In this document: piece by piece, positions 1-7,371 of the stretch
Layout: every line of letters begins with the position of its first letter
Numbering within the stretch: position 1 is the stretch's first letter
From: Bdellovibrionales bacterium
Lineage (GTDB): Bacteria > Bdellovibrionota > Bdellovibrionia > Bdellovibrionales > JAMPXM01
Direction: 5' to 3'
Length of the DNA: 11,332 nucleotides
NCBI GenBank assembly: GCA_043739185.1
Contig: JAYUEN010000410.1
Coordinates: 1 to 11,332, forward strand
Notes under the pieces: model-generated
Databases searched by the model: none
What the model was told of the DNA's origin: nothing
The model's input: the letters and a program-made list of their open reading frames with translations, nothing else
Translations under genes and position numbers: made by a program

Positions 1-147
1 CTGAAAGCCGGCAAGATTCGCTTTTTTATTTGAATAGCTAAGCGTAAGTGGGCCACACATTGAAACGCAATGCGGACTGCCGAGAACTCCACCAATAAAG
101 ACTGAATAAGGTAAAATCCAAAAAAACTCATGAGAAGGGGCCAACAA
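1..147 (-). CDS. DsbD_2 / sulfite exporter TauE-SafE-like membrane protein associated with cco clusters (N-terminal part only; continues past the left edge)
   Basis: Not in the ORF track. Manual translation from TTG at 147, with AAGGAG 7 nt upstream, gives MLAPSHEFFWILPYSVFIGGVLGSPHCVSMCGPLTLSYSNKKANLAGFQ, open to the edge. The G-x-L-G-S-x-H-C-x-x-M-C-G-P motif is typical of the DsbD_2 proteins that follow ccoG(H). Overlaps the end of ccoG. Confidence 0.8.
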   Translation of the reverse strand, partial: MLAPSHEFFWILPYSVFIGGVLGSPHCVSMCGPLTLSYSNKKANLAGFQ

Positions 148-1579
148 GTTGAAGCTCCTTTTTAATTTTGACATTTTGCTTATCGGATTGATTTTTATCC
201 TGAATTAACAGTTCAAGATTTCTCTGCCCGTTTGAAAGAAGTATTTTCGGAAAGCGTATAAAGAAATCAAGGTGTCCGGTACTTCGATTTGAAACCTGAA
301 TTGAAGGCTGGGCCATAATTAGCTGAAGACTCTTGGATTCGCTCTCTGCAAATGAAAAAACCAAATCTTGGTTAGTTCCGGTCTGATTGCTTAAGTTCAA
401 TTTGAAATGATTGGTCACTATAACTTCTCCGTTTGGCATAGTTTGAACAGTATACGGCTGATCCTTTGCACGTAAAACTTCAATGTCTATGGCCTGTGCA
501 CTCTGCAAAGCAAAGATTAATGAGACGAAAGAGAGCAAGCAAATACTTAAGTAAAAAATAGAACGCAAAGGAATGCGGCGAAAAAGTTGAGAAGAATTAT
601 AACGAATCAAGCCTGGGGCCTTATTTAGTTTTTGCATCACTTCATCGCAGGCATCAATACATGAAGTGCAGGCAATGCATTCCATTTGTAGTCCACGTCG
701 AATATCAATTCCGGTAGGGCAAACCTGAACACAGCGATAACAATTAACGCAATCGCCAAGTTGACTTCCGTGGAGCTTAGAGAGAATTTTTGCTTGAGGT
801 GTTGAGCGGGGTTCCCCGCGCTTGGCATCATAAGCTACTAGCATTGAGTTCTTATCCATTAATACAGATTGAAAGCGGCCGTAGGGACAAACAATTGTGC
901 AGAACTGCTCGCGAAACCAAGCAAAATTAAATAAAAGCAAAAGACTAGAAAAAAGCATGAACGAGAAACTTCCCCAGTTCTCTGAGGGATTGCGTTGGAT
1001 CATCTTAGCCAAAGATTCGGTTCCAACAAAATAGGCCAAAAAGCTATGGGTTAAAACCAAAGTAATGCCGATAAACAAAATCCACTTCAAAAGTTTCTTG
1101 CATAATTTTTCAAAACTCATAGGAGATTGATCGAGCGCACGTCGATGTTGTGCGGAGCCTTCAACCCATCTTTCGATTTTTCTAAAAACGCCGTCAACGA
1201 AAACTGTTTGTGGGCAGGCCCAGCCACACCAGACTCGCCCAAAGAGTGCGGTAGTGAAAAATAAACCAAAGGCAGCACCAGCCAATACGAAAAATAAAAG
1301 AGGAGCATTATGGGCTCTAAGCGATAGGCCAAAAATCTCAAAGTCTCTTTCGGTTATATTCAGAAGTAAAGCCTGCTGCCCATTGATTTTGAGCCATGGC
1401 AAAAGAAGAAATGTCAAAATGAGCACAAATTGCACTCGCGAGCGCTGAGTGCGAAAGGATCCGCGCACGTCTGCAGTATGAATGAAAAGTCTTCGGCCTT
1501 CAGAATCTGTGGTCGAAAGGCGATTGGGATGCAATTCAAATTCACTTTTAGAATCATTTTTAAATTCACGGCTTGACAT
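128..1579 (-). CDS. ccoG: cbb3 oxidase accessory protein CcoG/FixG (membrane 4Fe-4S protein, cupric reductase family)
   Basis: 483 aa with several TM segments. Contains CxxxCP motifs GRVWCGWACPQT and REQFCTIVCPYGRFQS, ferredoxin motifs DCVNCYRCVQVCPTGIDIR and ECIACTSCIDACD, and a beta-rich C-terminal region. Starts 2 nt after the ccoP stop. Confidence 0.96.
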   Translation of the reverse strand: MSSREFKNDSKSEFELHPNRLSTTDSEGRRLFIHTADVRGSFRTQRSRVQFVLILTFLLLPWLKINGQQALLLNITERDFEIFGLSLRAHNAPLLFFVLAGAAFGLFFTTALFGRVWCGWACPQTVFVDGVFRKIERWVEGSAQHRRALDQSPMSFEKLCKKLLKWILFIGITLVLTHSFLAYFVGTESLAKMIQRNPSENWGSFSFMLFSSLLLLFNFAWFREQFCTIVCPYGRFQSVLMDKNSMLVAYDAKRGEPRSTPQAKILSKLHGSQLGDCVNCYRCVQVCPTGIDIRRGLQMECIACTSCIDACDEVMQKLNKAPGLIRYNSSQLFRRIPLRSIFYLSICLLSFVSLIFALQSAQAIDIEVLRAKDQPYTVQTMPNGEVIVTNHFKLNLSNQTGTNQDLVFSFAESESKSLQLIMAQPSIQVSNRSTGHLDFFIRFPKILLSNGQRNLELLIQDKNQSDKQNVKIKKELQLVGPFS

Positions 1580-1581
1580 AA

Positions 1582-2187
1582 TTAATCTCTAAATTCTTGC
1601 TTATCACCTTGAGGAGCTTTGGCGCCAGGCGGATTGCTACCATGAACAGACCGAACAAAAGCCACCACATCACGAATTTCTTCGCTATTTAAAAGGCTTC
1701 CCCAGGGTGGCATGCCCTTATCAGCCACGCCATTTTGAACGACTTCTGCGATATCCTTTAGCGTTCCTTTGCCATGTATCCAGAAGTCGTCAGTTAAATT
1801 GGGTCCCACAATTCCTTGGGCTTTGTCGCCGTGACAGGCCACACATTTAGATGCAAATACTTCTGCGCCATGTTTGACTTTATTTGGGTCTTTATAGGCC
1901 GCCAATAAATCTTCTTCTCCGGAAGTCTTTATTGGAGTGGACGCAGGTTTGAGAACTTCAATTTCTTGTAGTGCCTGCTTCAATTCTTGTCGAGGAGTGG
2001 GCCCATAGCCAGACATATAATAGCCGGCATACCAAGCGGCAAATAAAATGCATCCGTAAAAAAGCCAAAGCCACCAGCGCGGCAAAACGTGATCGAGCTC
2101 GTGAATGCCATCATAATTGTGATCCAGAAGTAGATCAGCCTCACCAGATTTTAAGTCAATTTGATTTTTGGAATTCGAATCACTCAT
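1582..2187 (-). CDS. ccoP: cbb3 oxidase subunit III CcoP, short monoheme form
   Basis: FixP-type N-terminus LLDHNYDGIHELDHVLPRWW plus a TM helix, a single CVACH (1831-1845), GPNLTDDFWIHG and the axial Met in KGMPPW. Start moved from 2205 to ATG 2187 (MSDSN..., 201 aa), which has GGAG just upstream. Confidence 0.93.
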   Translation of the reverse strand: MSDSNSKNQIDLKSGEADLLLDHNYDGIHELDHVLPRWWLWLFYGCILFAAWYAGYYMSGYGPTPRQELKQALQEIEVLKPASTPIKTSGEEDLLAAYKDPNKVKHGAEVFASKCVACHGDKAQGIVGPNLTDDFWIHGKGTLKDIAEVVQNGVADKGMPPWGSLLNSEEIRDVVAFVRSVHGSNPPGAKAPQGDKQEFRD

Positions 2188-2353
2188 TTTTTTCTCCATC
2201 ATCAAGGGGCAAGTTGGCGGCTAAATTCAGTTGAATGCGACGTGATTTCAAATTCACACGAAGGAGAATTGTAACAAATAAACTGAAAAAAATAAGGAGT
2301 GCAAGGCTTGACAGCCAAGGCCACGGAAAGAGCGAAAGTACTTCTTGTTTCAT
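2180..2353 (-). CDS. ccoQ: cbb3 oxidase small subunit CcoQ (57 aa)
   Basis: Not in the ORF track. Manual translation gives MKQEVLSLFPWPWLSSLALLIFFSLFVTILLRVNLKSRRIQLNLAANLPLDDGEKNE*: one TM helix and the C-terminal AxLPLDD motif of CcoQ/FixQ. ATGA overlap with the ccoNO stop and 8-nt overlap with the ccoP start. Confidence 0.88.
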   Translation of the reverse strand: MKQEVLSLFPWPWLSSLALLIFFSLFVTILLRVNLKSRRIQLNLAANLPLDDGEKNE

Positions 2354-4527
2354 TGATCGTCTCCTTCGGTATTCTGGTGTTCTTTTAATATTTCTGGATT
2401 CTTGCCCAGTCGTTGCAGATAAGCGATGACAGCTATGATCTCTTTTTCCTCGAGACCCTTAACAGGTGAATCATTTGAGAGGCCTTTGGCAATATCCTTA
2501 GCTTGAGCGCGTGCTGATTCAGGCGCTTGCTGTACTTGCTCTGAAGTATACGGAGTGCCAAGCGTCTTCATCACATCGAATTTCCTCTCTAGAATTTGAA
2601 AATCAATCTTGGATTCGAAGAGCCAAGTGTATACCGGCATGATTGAGTTTTGGGTAACGAGTCGCGGATCAAGCATATGGCGGTAATGCCAAAGATCAGA
2701 ATATTTGCCGCCGATGCGGGCGAGATCGGGACCAATGCGCTTTGAGCCCCACAAGAAGGGCCGGTCGTACATTGATTCTTGCGGTAGAGACGCCGGCCCA
2801 AAGCGCAGGACATCTGCGGATAGGCTTCGAATCATTTGCGAATGACAGAGATAGCAACCTTCTCGAACGTAAATATCTCTTCCGGCGAGTTCGAGAGCCG
2901 TATATGGCACGAGATTGGTATTGGCGGGCACATAAGTATGAGCGACCAAGGTGGGCAGAATTTCGATTGCTGAGCCCACAAGAATTGAAATTAAAGTGAG
3001 GACAGAAAAGGTCGGCATCCAAGATTCAAGTTTGCGATGCCACTTGGTACGAGGAGGAGGTTGAGTTTCCTGAAGCGCAGGTGCTTGGTAAATATCTTCG
3101 GGAATATTTCGAGGAGCAAGCTTGCAGGTTTTATAGAGATTAAAACACATTATCAAAAACCCGACGAGAAATAAAATTCCACCAAAGGCTCGCACCCAAT
3201 AAAGCGGAATGATTCGGGCCACAGTTTCAATAAAGTCGGGGTAAACTAAATGTCCATTGGCATCGATCGCTCTCAGCATCAATCCTTGGGTTATCCCGGC
3301 GGTCCACATCGAAATGAGATAGAGCAAAATGCCGACAGTCCCGATCCAGAAATGAAGATTGGCCAAGGCTTTAGAATAGAGTTCGGTTTTGCAAATTTTC
3401 GGAACTAAATAATAAAGCATTCCGAAAGTAAGAAAACCGTTCCAGCCGAGAGTTCCTCCGTGAACGTGCGCAATAATCCAATCAGTATAATGGGCAATGG
3501 CGCTGACAGATTTAATTGAAAGCAATGGGCCTTCAAAGGTTGCCATTCCGTAAAAAGTGAGTGCTGTCGCCATGAATTTTAAAACCGGTTCACTGCGAAC
3601 TTTGTCCCAACAACCTCTTAAAGTTAGCAGTCCATTGATCATGCCGCCCCAACTTGGGGCCCACAGCATAATTGAAAAAATCATCCCGAGACTCTGGGCC
3701 CAGTTCGGAAGTGCTGTATAGAGAAGGTGATGAGGGCCGGCCCAAATATAAATGAATACCAATGACCAAAAATGAACTATTGAAAGGCGATAGCTATAGA
3801 CTGGGCGGTTGGCAGCCTTTGGTAAAAAATAATACATCAAACCTAAAAATGGAGTGGTCAGAAAAAACGCGACAGCATTGTGTCCATACCACCATTGAAC
3901 TAAAGCGTCTTGCACTCCAGCGTAGACCGGATAACTCTTAAACCACGAAACCGGAATGACAAGTGCATTGACCACATGAAGAACGGCAACCGTAATTATT
4001 GTGGCAATATAAAACCAAAGGGCCACATAAAGATGACGTTCGCGTCTGCGCGCGAGCGTACCAAAAAAATTAATTGCAAAGATTACCCAGATAATAGTGA
4101 TTGCAATGCTAATCGGCCATTCGAGTTCGGCATATTCTTTGCTGCGTGTGAGTCCCATGGGTAAAGTAATCGCAGCCGACACAATGATGAGTTGCCAGCC
4201 CCAAAAATGTATTTTGCTTAAGAGATCGTTAAAGAGACGGGCTTTGCAGAGGCGCTGAGTTGAATAATAGATTCCAGCAAAAATGGCATTGCCACCGAAA
4301 GCAAAAATAGCGGCATTGGTATGAAGGGGACGAATGCGCCCGAAGCTTAACCAACTTAAGCCAAAGTTAAGCTGCCAGTCTGCGAGTTGAAGAGCCGCTA
4401 AGATGCCGACCAGAAAGGCTATGCCGCCCCAAATGAGTGTCGCAAAACAGAATTTCTTTACTATCTCGTCATCATAGCTAAAGCTCTCGATCTTTAGCTT
4501 TTTATTTGCATCCAAGTCTGAATTCAT
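2350..4527 (-). CDS. ccoNO: Fused cbb3-type cytochrome c oxidase subunit I/II (CcoN-CcoO)
   Basis: The CcoN part has RIRPLHTNAAIFAF, WWYGHNAVAFFLT, YIWAGPHHLLY and WIIAHVHGGTLGW, so all six His ligands and the C-family Tyr are present. The CcoO part has a TM helix, YVREGCYLCHSQMIR (CxxCH 2842-2856), WGSKRIGPDLARIGGKY and SIMP. One continuous 725-aa frame. Confidence 0.97.
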   Translation of the reverse strand: MNSDLDANKKLKIESFSYDDEIVKKFCFATLIWGGIAFLVGILAALQLADWQLNFGLSWLSFGRIRPLHTNAAIFAFGGNAIFAGIYYSTQRLCKARLFNDLLSKIHFWGWQLIIVSAAITLPMGLTRSKEYAELEWPISIAITIIWVIFAINFFGTLARRRERHLYVALWFYIATIITVAVLHVVNALVIPVSWFKSYPVYAGVQDALVQWWYGHNAVAFFLTTPFLGLMYYFLPKAANRPVYSYRLSIVHFWSLVFIYIWAGPHHLLYTALPNWAQSLGMIFSIMLWAPSWGGMINGLLTLRGCWDKVRSEPVLKFMATALTFYGMATFEGPLLSIKSVSAIAHYTDWIIAHVHGGTLGWNGFLTFGMLYYLVPKICKTELYSKALANLHFWIGTVGILLYLISMWTAGITQGLMLRAIDANGHLVYPDFIETVARIIPLYWVRAFGGILFLVGFLIMCFNLYKTCKLAPRNIPEDIYQAPALQETQPPPRTKWHRKLESWMPTFSVLTLISILVGSAIEILPTLVAHTYVPANTNLVPYTALELAGRDIYVREGCYLCHSQMIRSLSADVLRFGPASLPQESMYDRPFLWGSKRIGPDLARIGGKYSDLWHYRHMLDPRLVTQNSIMPVYTWLFESKIDFQILERKFDVMKTLGTPYTSEQVQQAPESARAQAKDIAKGLSNDSPVKGLEEKEIIAVIAYLQRLGKNPEILKEHQNTEGDDQ

Positions 4528-4697
4528 TGTTGTCGGCCTTTCCTTAAGTTCTTTTTCAATTCATCATCTAATAAAATTCGGTGCGGAGGAGTTTCGAGGT
4601 CATCGTATTGACCGCGAATTGTTGCAACCACAAAAGCTGCAGCAAAGCCCAATCCTAAAAGTGTCGCTAAGGGGAGTAGAAAATAAATGATATTCAT
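4524..4697 (-). CDS. ccoS: cbb3 oxidase maturation protein CcoS/FixS (57 aa)
   Basis: MNIIYFLLPLATLLGLGFAAAFVVATIRGQYDDLETPPHRILLDDE...: a TM helix plus the diagnostic GQYDDL...RIL.DD motif. True start is ATG 4697 (ATGA overlap with the ccoI stop), not the 4790 start in the track. Confidence 0.93.
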   Translation of the reverse strand: MNIIYFLLPLATLLGLGFAAAFVVATIRGQYDDLETPPHRILLDDELKKNLRKGRQQ

Positions 4698-7057
4698 AAT
4701 TCTACCTTGAGATTGTGAATTTGAGTTTTGGTCCATACAGCAGAAAGTAGTACTGTTAGTGAGCTCAAGGGCATTAGCACCGCAGCCCAAAGGGGTGTCA
4801 TATACCCTAAGACTGCGAGCGTTCCACTGAACAGATTGAAGCCAGCTGAGAAAAACAGATTTCGAAAGATCGCTGTTTGCGTAAGTTTTGCTATGTAATA
4901 AAATTCAACTATTGATTCAAGTTTTGGCTGTGCAAGATAAACATCGGCCGCTCTTAAACTGACATCTAAACTTCCGCAAATGGCGATACCAAGGCTGGCT
5001 TTTGCAAGTGCCAGAGCATCATTGGCGCCATCTCCTATCATCGCTACGGGATTTGAATCGCTTGCGATCAAATTTGCCTTCATTTCAGGGCTTAACTCAG
5101 CTTGAAATTGATCTGGGTTCAGTCCCAATTTTTGCGCACATTTTGCGACTACAGAGAAACGATCGCCTGAGGCGATCTGAAGTTTCAAATCATTTATTCG
5201 GGCCCAATTGAAAACCCGAATGGCTTCAGATCTAATCGGATCGCCGAGTAAGAATTGAGCAATTTGTGTTTCGCCAATAAACAAAGCAAAGCTTGAGTGG
5301 AGAGTCTTTTCAGAGTCTTTTTGCGCAAGCATTGAAATCGGACGTATTGAATAGAGCTGATTTTTATAGAATCCTGAGATGCCGCCCTTGTCTAAACTTT
5401 TAATGTCTTCAATATTAGCTTCTGCGATTCCCAAGTGCTGAATATACTTCACCAAAGCTTTAGCCACCGGATGAGACTGATTTTTTTCTAACGAAAGGCT
5501 TATAGCAAGTGCTTGAGTGCGCATTTCTTCTTTGTAGACGTCAAATTGAAGGACGCTCATATCGCCATTGGTTAAGGTTCCGGTTTTATCGAATATGAGA
5601 GTCTTGATTCGCCAAAGCCTTTCAATAGCATTGGCATTTTTGATGACGATCCCACGTTTTGCAGCCCCTCGAATCGCAAAGCTCATTGAAAGTGGAATGG
5701 CAAAGCCAAAAACACAAGGGCAAGTCACAATGATCAGAGTGAAGGCTCGGGTGAATCCCTCCTGGAGATTTTGGCTTAAGAAGAAAAGAATAATCGCTAA
5801 AGCACCTGCAAATACACTTAGCATAAACCACTTGGCGACTTGATCTGCTTGCTCTACAAAATGAGATTTTTGCTTCGCTGACAATTCGGTGTCCTTAAGA
5901 ATTTTCGCCAGGCGCGACTGTCTGGATAAGTTTTTTACTCGGACATACAATTTGCCTTCAAGTAAACGGTAACCAGCTTCGATTTGAGCTCCTGGTTCTA
6001 CCCGCAGCATTTCGCTTTCACCAGTCATGATCGAGGCATTTATGAGTCCAATACCTGACTCGAGGGTGCCGTCAACGGGGATAATGCATTCATGATCAAG
6101 TAAGATGAGGTCTTCTCTATTGAGAGCAAGTGAATTGAGAGTTTCAAGTTCGCCGTTTGGATTGAGCCTTTGAACTCGACTCAATAAAATTTCATCTTCA
6201 AGCTGAGAGGTATTGAGTTGTTTGATTTGAATTTGTTTGAGAATAAAACGACTTGAAAGCAATAAAAAAACAAGTGTTGAAAGTGAATCAAAGTAAATTT
6301 TATTTTGCGAGAGAAAAATGGCTTTTAGGCTCATCGCAATTCCTGCAAGTAAGGCCACTACAATTGGGACATCAATATTGAGTCTTTTTGAGACTAGTGC
6401 CTGATAGCTATTTAAAAAAAATGGCCAAGCACAATAAGTCAATACCGGTGCAGACAACAACATCGTCAGAAGCCGAAATTGGTTGGCAATTAGACCAGAA
6501 GCTCCCGCGTAAATTGAAATGGCTAAAATCATAATATTGCCGGTTAGTGCTCCCGCGATTCCTATTCGAATTAAATCTTTTCGTCTCTCGCGAATTTGCA
6601 AATGATGAGACTCTTCGCTTTCTCGAAGCGGATGAGGTCGATATCCAAAGCGATTGAGTGTTTGGGCAATTTGGGCGAATGAGCCTCCGGCTTTTCTTTT
6701 TACCTCTAGAATTGAGTTTGCCATATCGAGGCGAGCAGACTCTGCGTCCAGACAATAGTCCGGTAGCTTTTCAAGCAACCAAAGGCAGGCGGTGCAACTG
6801 ATTCCTTCAATGTAAAAGCGCATTATGAGACCATTCGAACTTAGATTCTGAGTGAACTCAGGATCGTCAAAATATTCATAATTTGATTGAGATGGCCTAA
6901 CTGGATTGGGACAAATTAATGGCTCTGACTTACGAATTTGATAATATTGATCGAGACCATTTGATTTGAGCAGAGCAAAAACAAATTCACAGCCTTTGCA
7001 GCAAAAGCGACTTGAACTATGTTCTGTGAGTGAAGTGCCGCAATGATCGCACTGCAT
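4694..7057 (-). CDS. ccoI: CcoI/FixI-type P1B copper-translocating ATPase
   Basis: N-terminal CDHCG...FCCKGC metal-binding domain, HMA-like GISCTAC, TGES, CPC, DKTGT, HP, GDGAND and MPLSS motifs; first gene of the cco operon. Start is ATG 7057 (MQCDHCG) or ATG 7081. 7057 is preferred because 7081 lies only about 3 nt from the predicted sigma54 transcription start. Confidence 0.92.
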   Translation of the reverse strand: MQCDHCGTSLTEHSSSRFCCKGCEFVFALLKSNGLDQYYQIRKSEPLICPNPVRPSQSNYEYFDDPEFTQNLSSNGLIMRFYIEGISCTACLWLLEKLPDYCLDAESARLDMANSILEVKRKAGGSFAQIAQTLNRFGYRPHPLRESEESHHLQIRERRKDLIRIGIAGALTGNIMILAISIYAGASGLIANQFRLLTMLLSAPVLTYCAWPFFLNSYQALVSKRLNIDVPIVVALLAGIAMSLKAIFLSQNKIYFDSLSTLVFLLLSSRFILKQIQIKQLNTSQLEDEILLSRVQRLNPNGELETLNSLALNREDLILLDHECIIPVDGTLESGIGLINASIMTGESEMLRVEPGAQIEAGYRLLEGKLYVRVKNLSRQSRLAKILKDTELSAKQKSHFVEQADQVAKWFMLSVFAGALAIILFFLSQNLQEGFTRAFTLIIVTCPCVFGFAIPLSMSFAIRGAAKRGIVIKNANAIERLWRIKTLIFDKTGTLTNGDMSVLQFDVYKEEMRTQALAISLSLEKNQSHPVAKALVKYIQHLGIAEANIEDIKSLDKGGISGFYKNQLYSIRPISMLAQKDSEKTLHSSFALFIGETQIAQFLLGDPIRSEAIRVFNWARINDLKLQIASGDRFSVVAKCAQKLGLNPDQFQAELSPEMKANLIASDSNPVAMIGDGANDALALAKASLGIAICGSLDVSLRAADVYLAQPKLESIVEFYYIAKLTQTAIFRNLFFSAGFNLFSGTLAVLGYMTPLWAAVLMPLSSLTVLLSAVWTKTQIHNLKVEL

Positions 7058-7094
7058 TTCTAAATTTCTTGCCTGTATCATTTAAGAGAATAAT

Positions 7095-7110
7095 TGCAGT
7101 GACTATGCCA
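7095..7110 (-). promoter_or_regulatory. Putative sigma54 (RpoN) -24/-12 promoter for the cco operon
   Basis: The minus strand reads TGGCATAGTCACTGCA, with exact GG-N10-GC spacing and a close match to TGGCACG-N4-TTGCW. It points toward ccoI, with predicted +1 near 7084. Confidence 0.65.
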
Positions 7111-7212
7111 CCAGATGATTTTCAGGGAATGAGACATTTATTGAGTTTTTGTCGCTGAAAAGAAATATAACACGAACCTGGCTATTAAAACTTATTTAAA
7201 CTATAAGGGGTT

Positions 7213-7258
7213 GAGACAAAGTGGCTCGTTTCATTTTGATTGCGAGCTGGATTGGCCC
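7213..7258. promoter_or_regulatory. Candidate tandem upstream activator (enhancer) sites
   Basis: Imperfect palindrome GAGAC-AAAGT-GGCTC (7213-7227) and the related GAGCT-GGATT-GGCCC (7244-7258), 31 bp apart, lying between the two sigma54 motifs. TGAGACA also recurs at 7130-7136. Confidence 0.3.
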
Positions 7259-7295
7259 AAACCACATTTCAACTGCACAATTGATTATTTTGAAT

Positions 7296-7311
7296 CGGCA
7301 CAAGCCTTGCT
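7296..7311 (+). promoter_or_regulatory. Putative sigma54 (RpoN) -24/-12 promoter for the cytochrome-nirK operon
   Basis: CGGCACAAGCCTTGCT, with GG at 7297-7298 and GC at 7309-7310 (N10 spacing) and GGCAC and TTGCT matching consensus. Predicted +1 is near 7322, about 50 nt upstream of the GTG start. Confidence 0.72.
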
Positions 7312-7371
7312 AATTAGATAAATCATAAAATGAAGAAGCGTCATTAATAATCATTACGAAAGAGGTCTGCT

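Noticed and set aside
120..131. Apparent frameshift or phase-variable T7 tract after an ATG overlapping the ccoG stop; this ATG is out of frame with the HCVSMCGP motif
   Set aside because: An in-frame TTG at 147 with AAGGAG 7 nt upstream gives an uninterrupted ORF, so no frameshift is needed.
4698..4790. 31-aa N-terminal extension of CcoS in the ORF track
   Set aside because: It overlaps the ccoI coding end. CcoS similarity begins at ATG 4697, which forms an ATGA overlap.
637..6755. Short alternative-frame and antisense ORFs inside the cco genes (e.g. 1254-1448, 2235-2429, 2696-3022, 5568-5843, 6408-6755)
   Set aside because: They lie within or across well-supported genes and have no recognisable motifs, so they are shadow ORFs. 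2235-2429 is antisense to ccoQ and the end of ccoNO.
7204..7216. IHF-like sequence TAAGGGGTTGAGA
   Set aside because: Only a partial match to YAA-N4-TTGATW. Plausible for a sigma54 region but not supportable from sequence alone.
7281..7294. FNR-like site TTGAT-TATT-TTGAA, plus another TTGAT half-site at 7236
   Set aside because: The second half-site matches ATCAA at only 3 of 5 positions, and the 7236 half-site has no partner.
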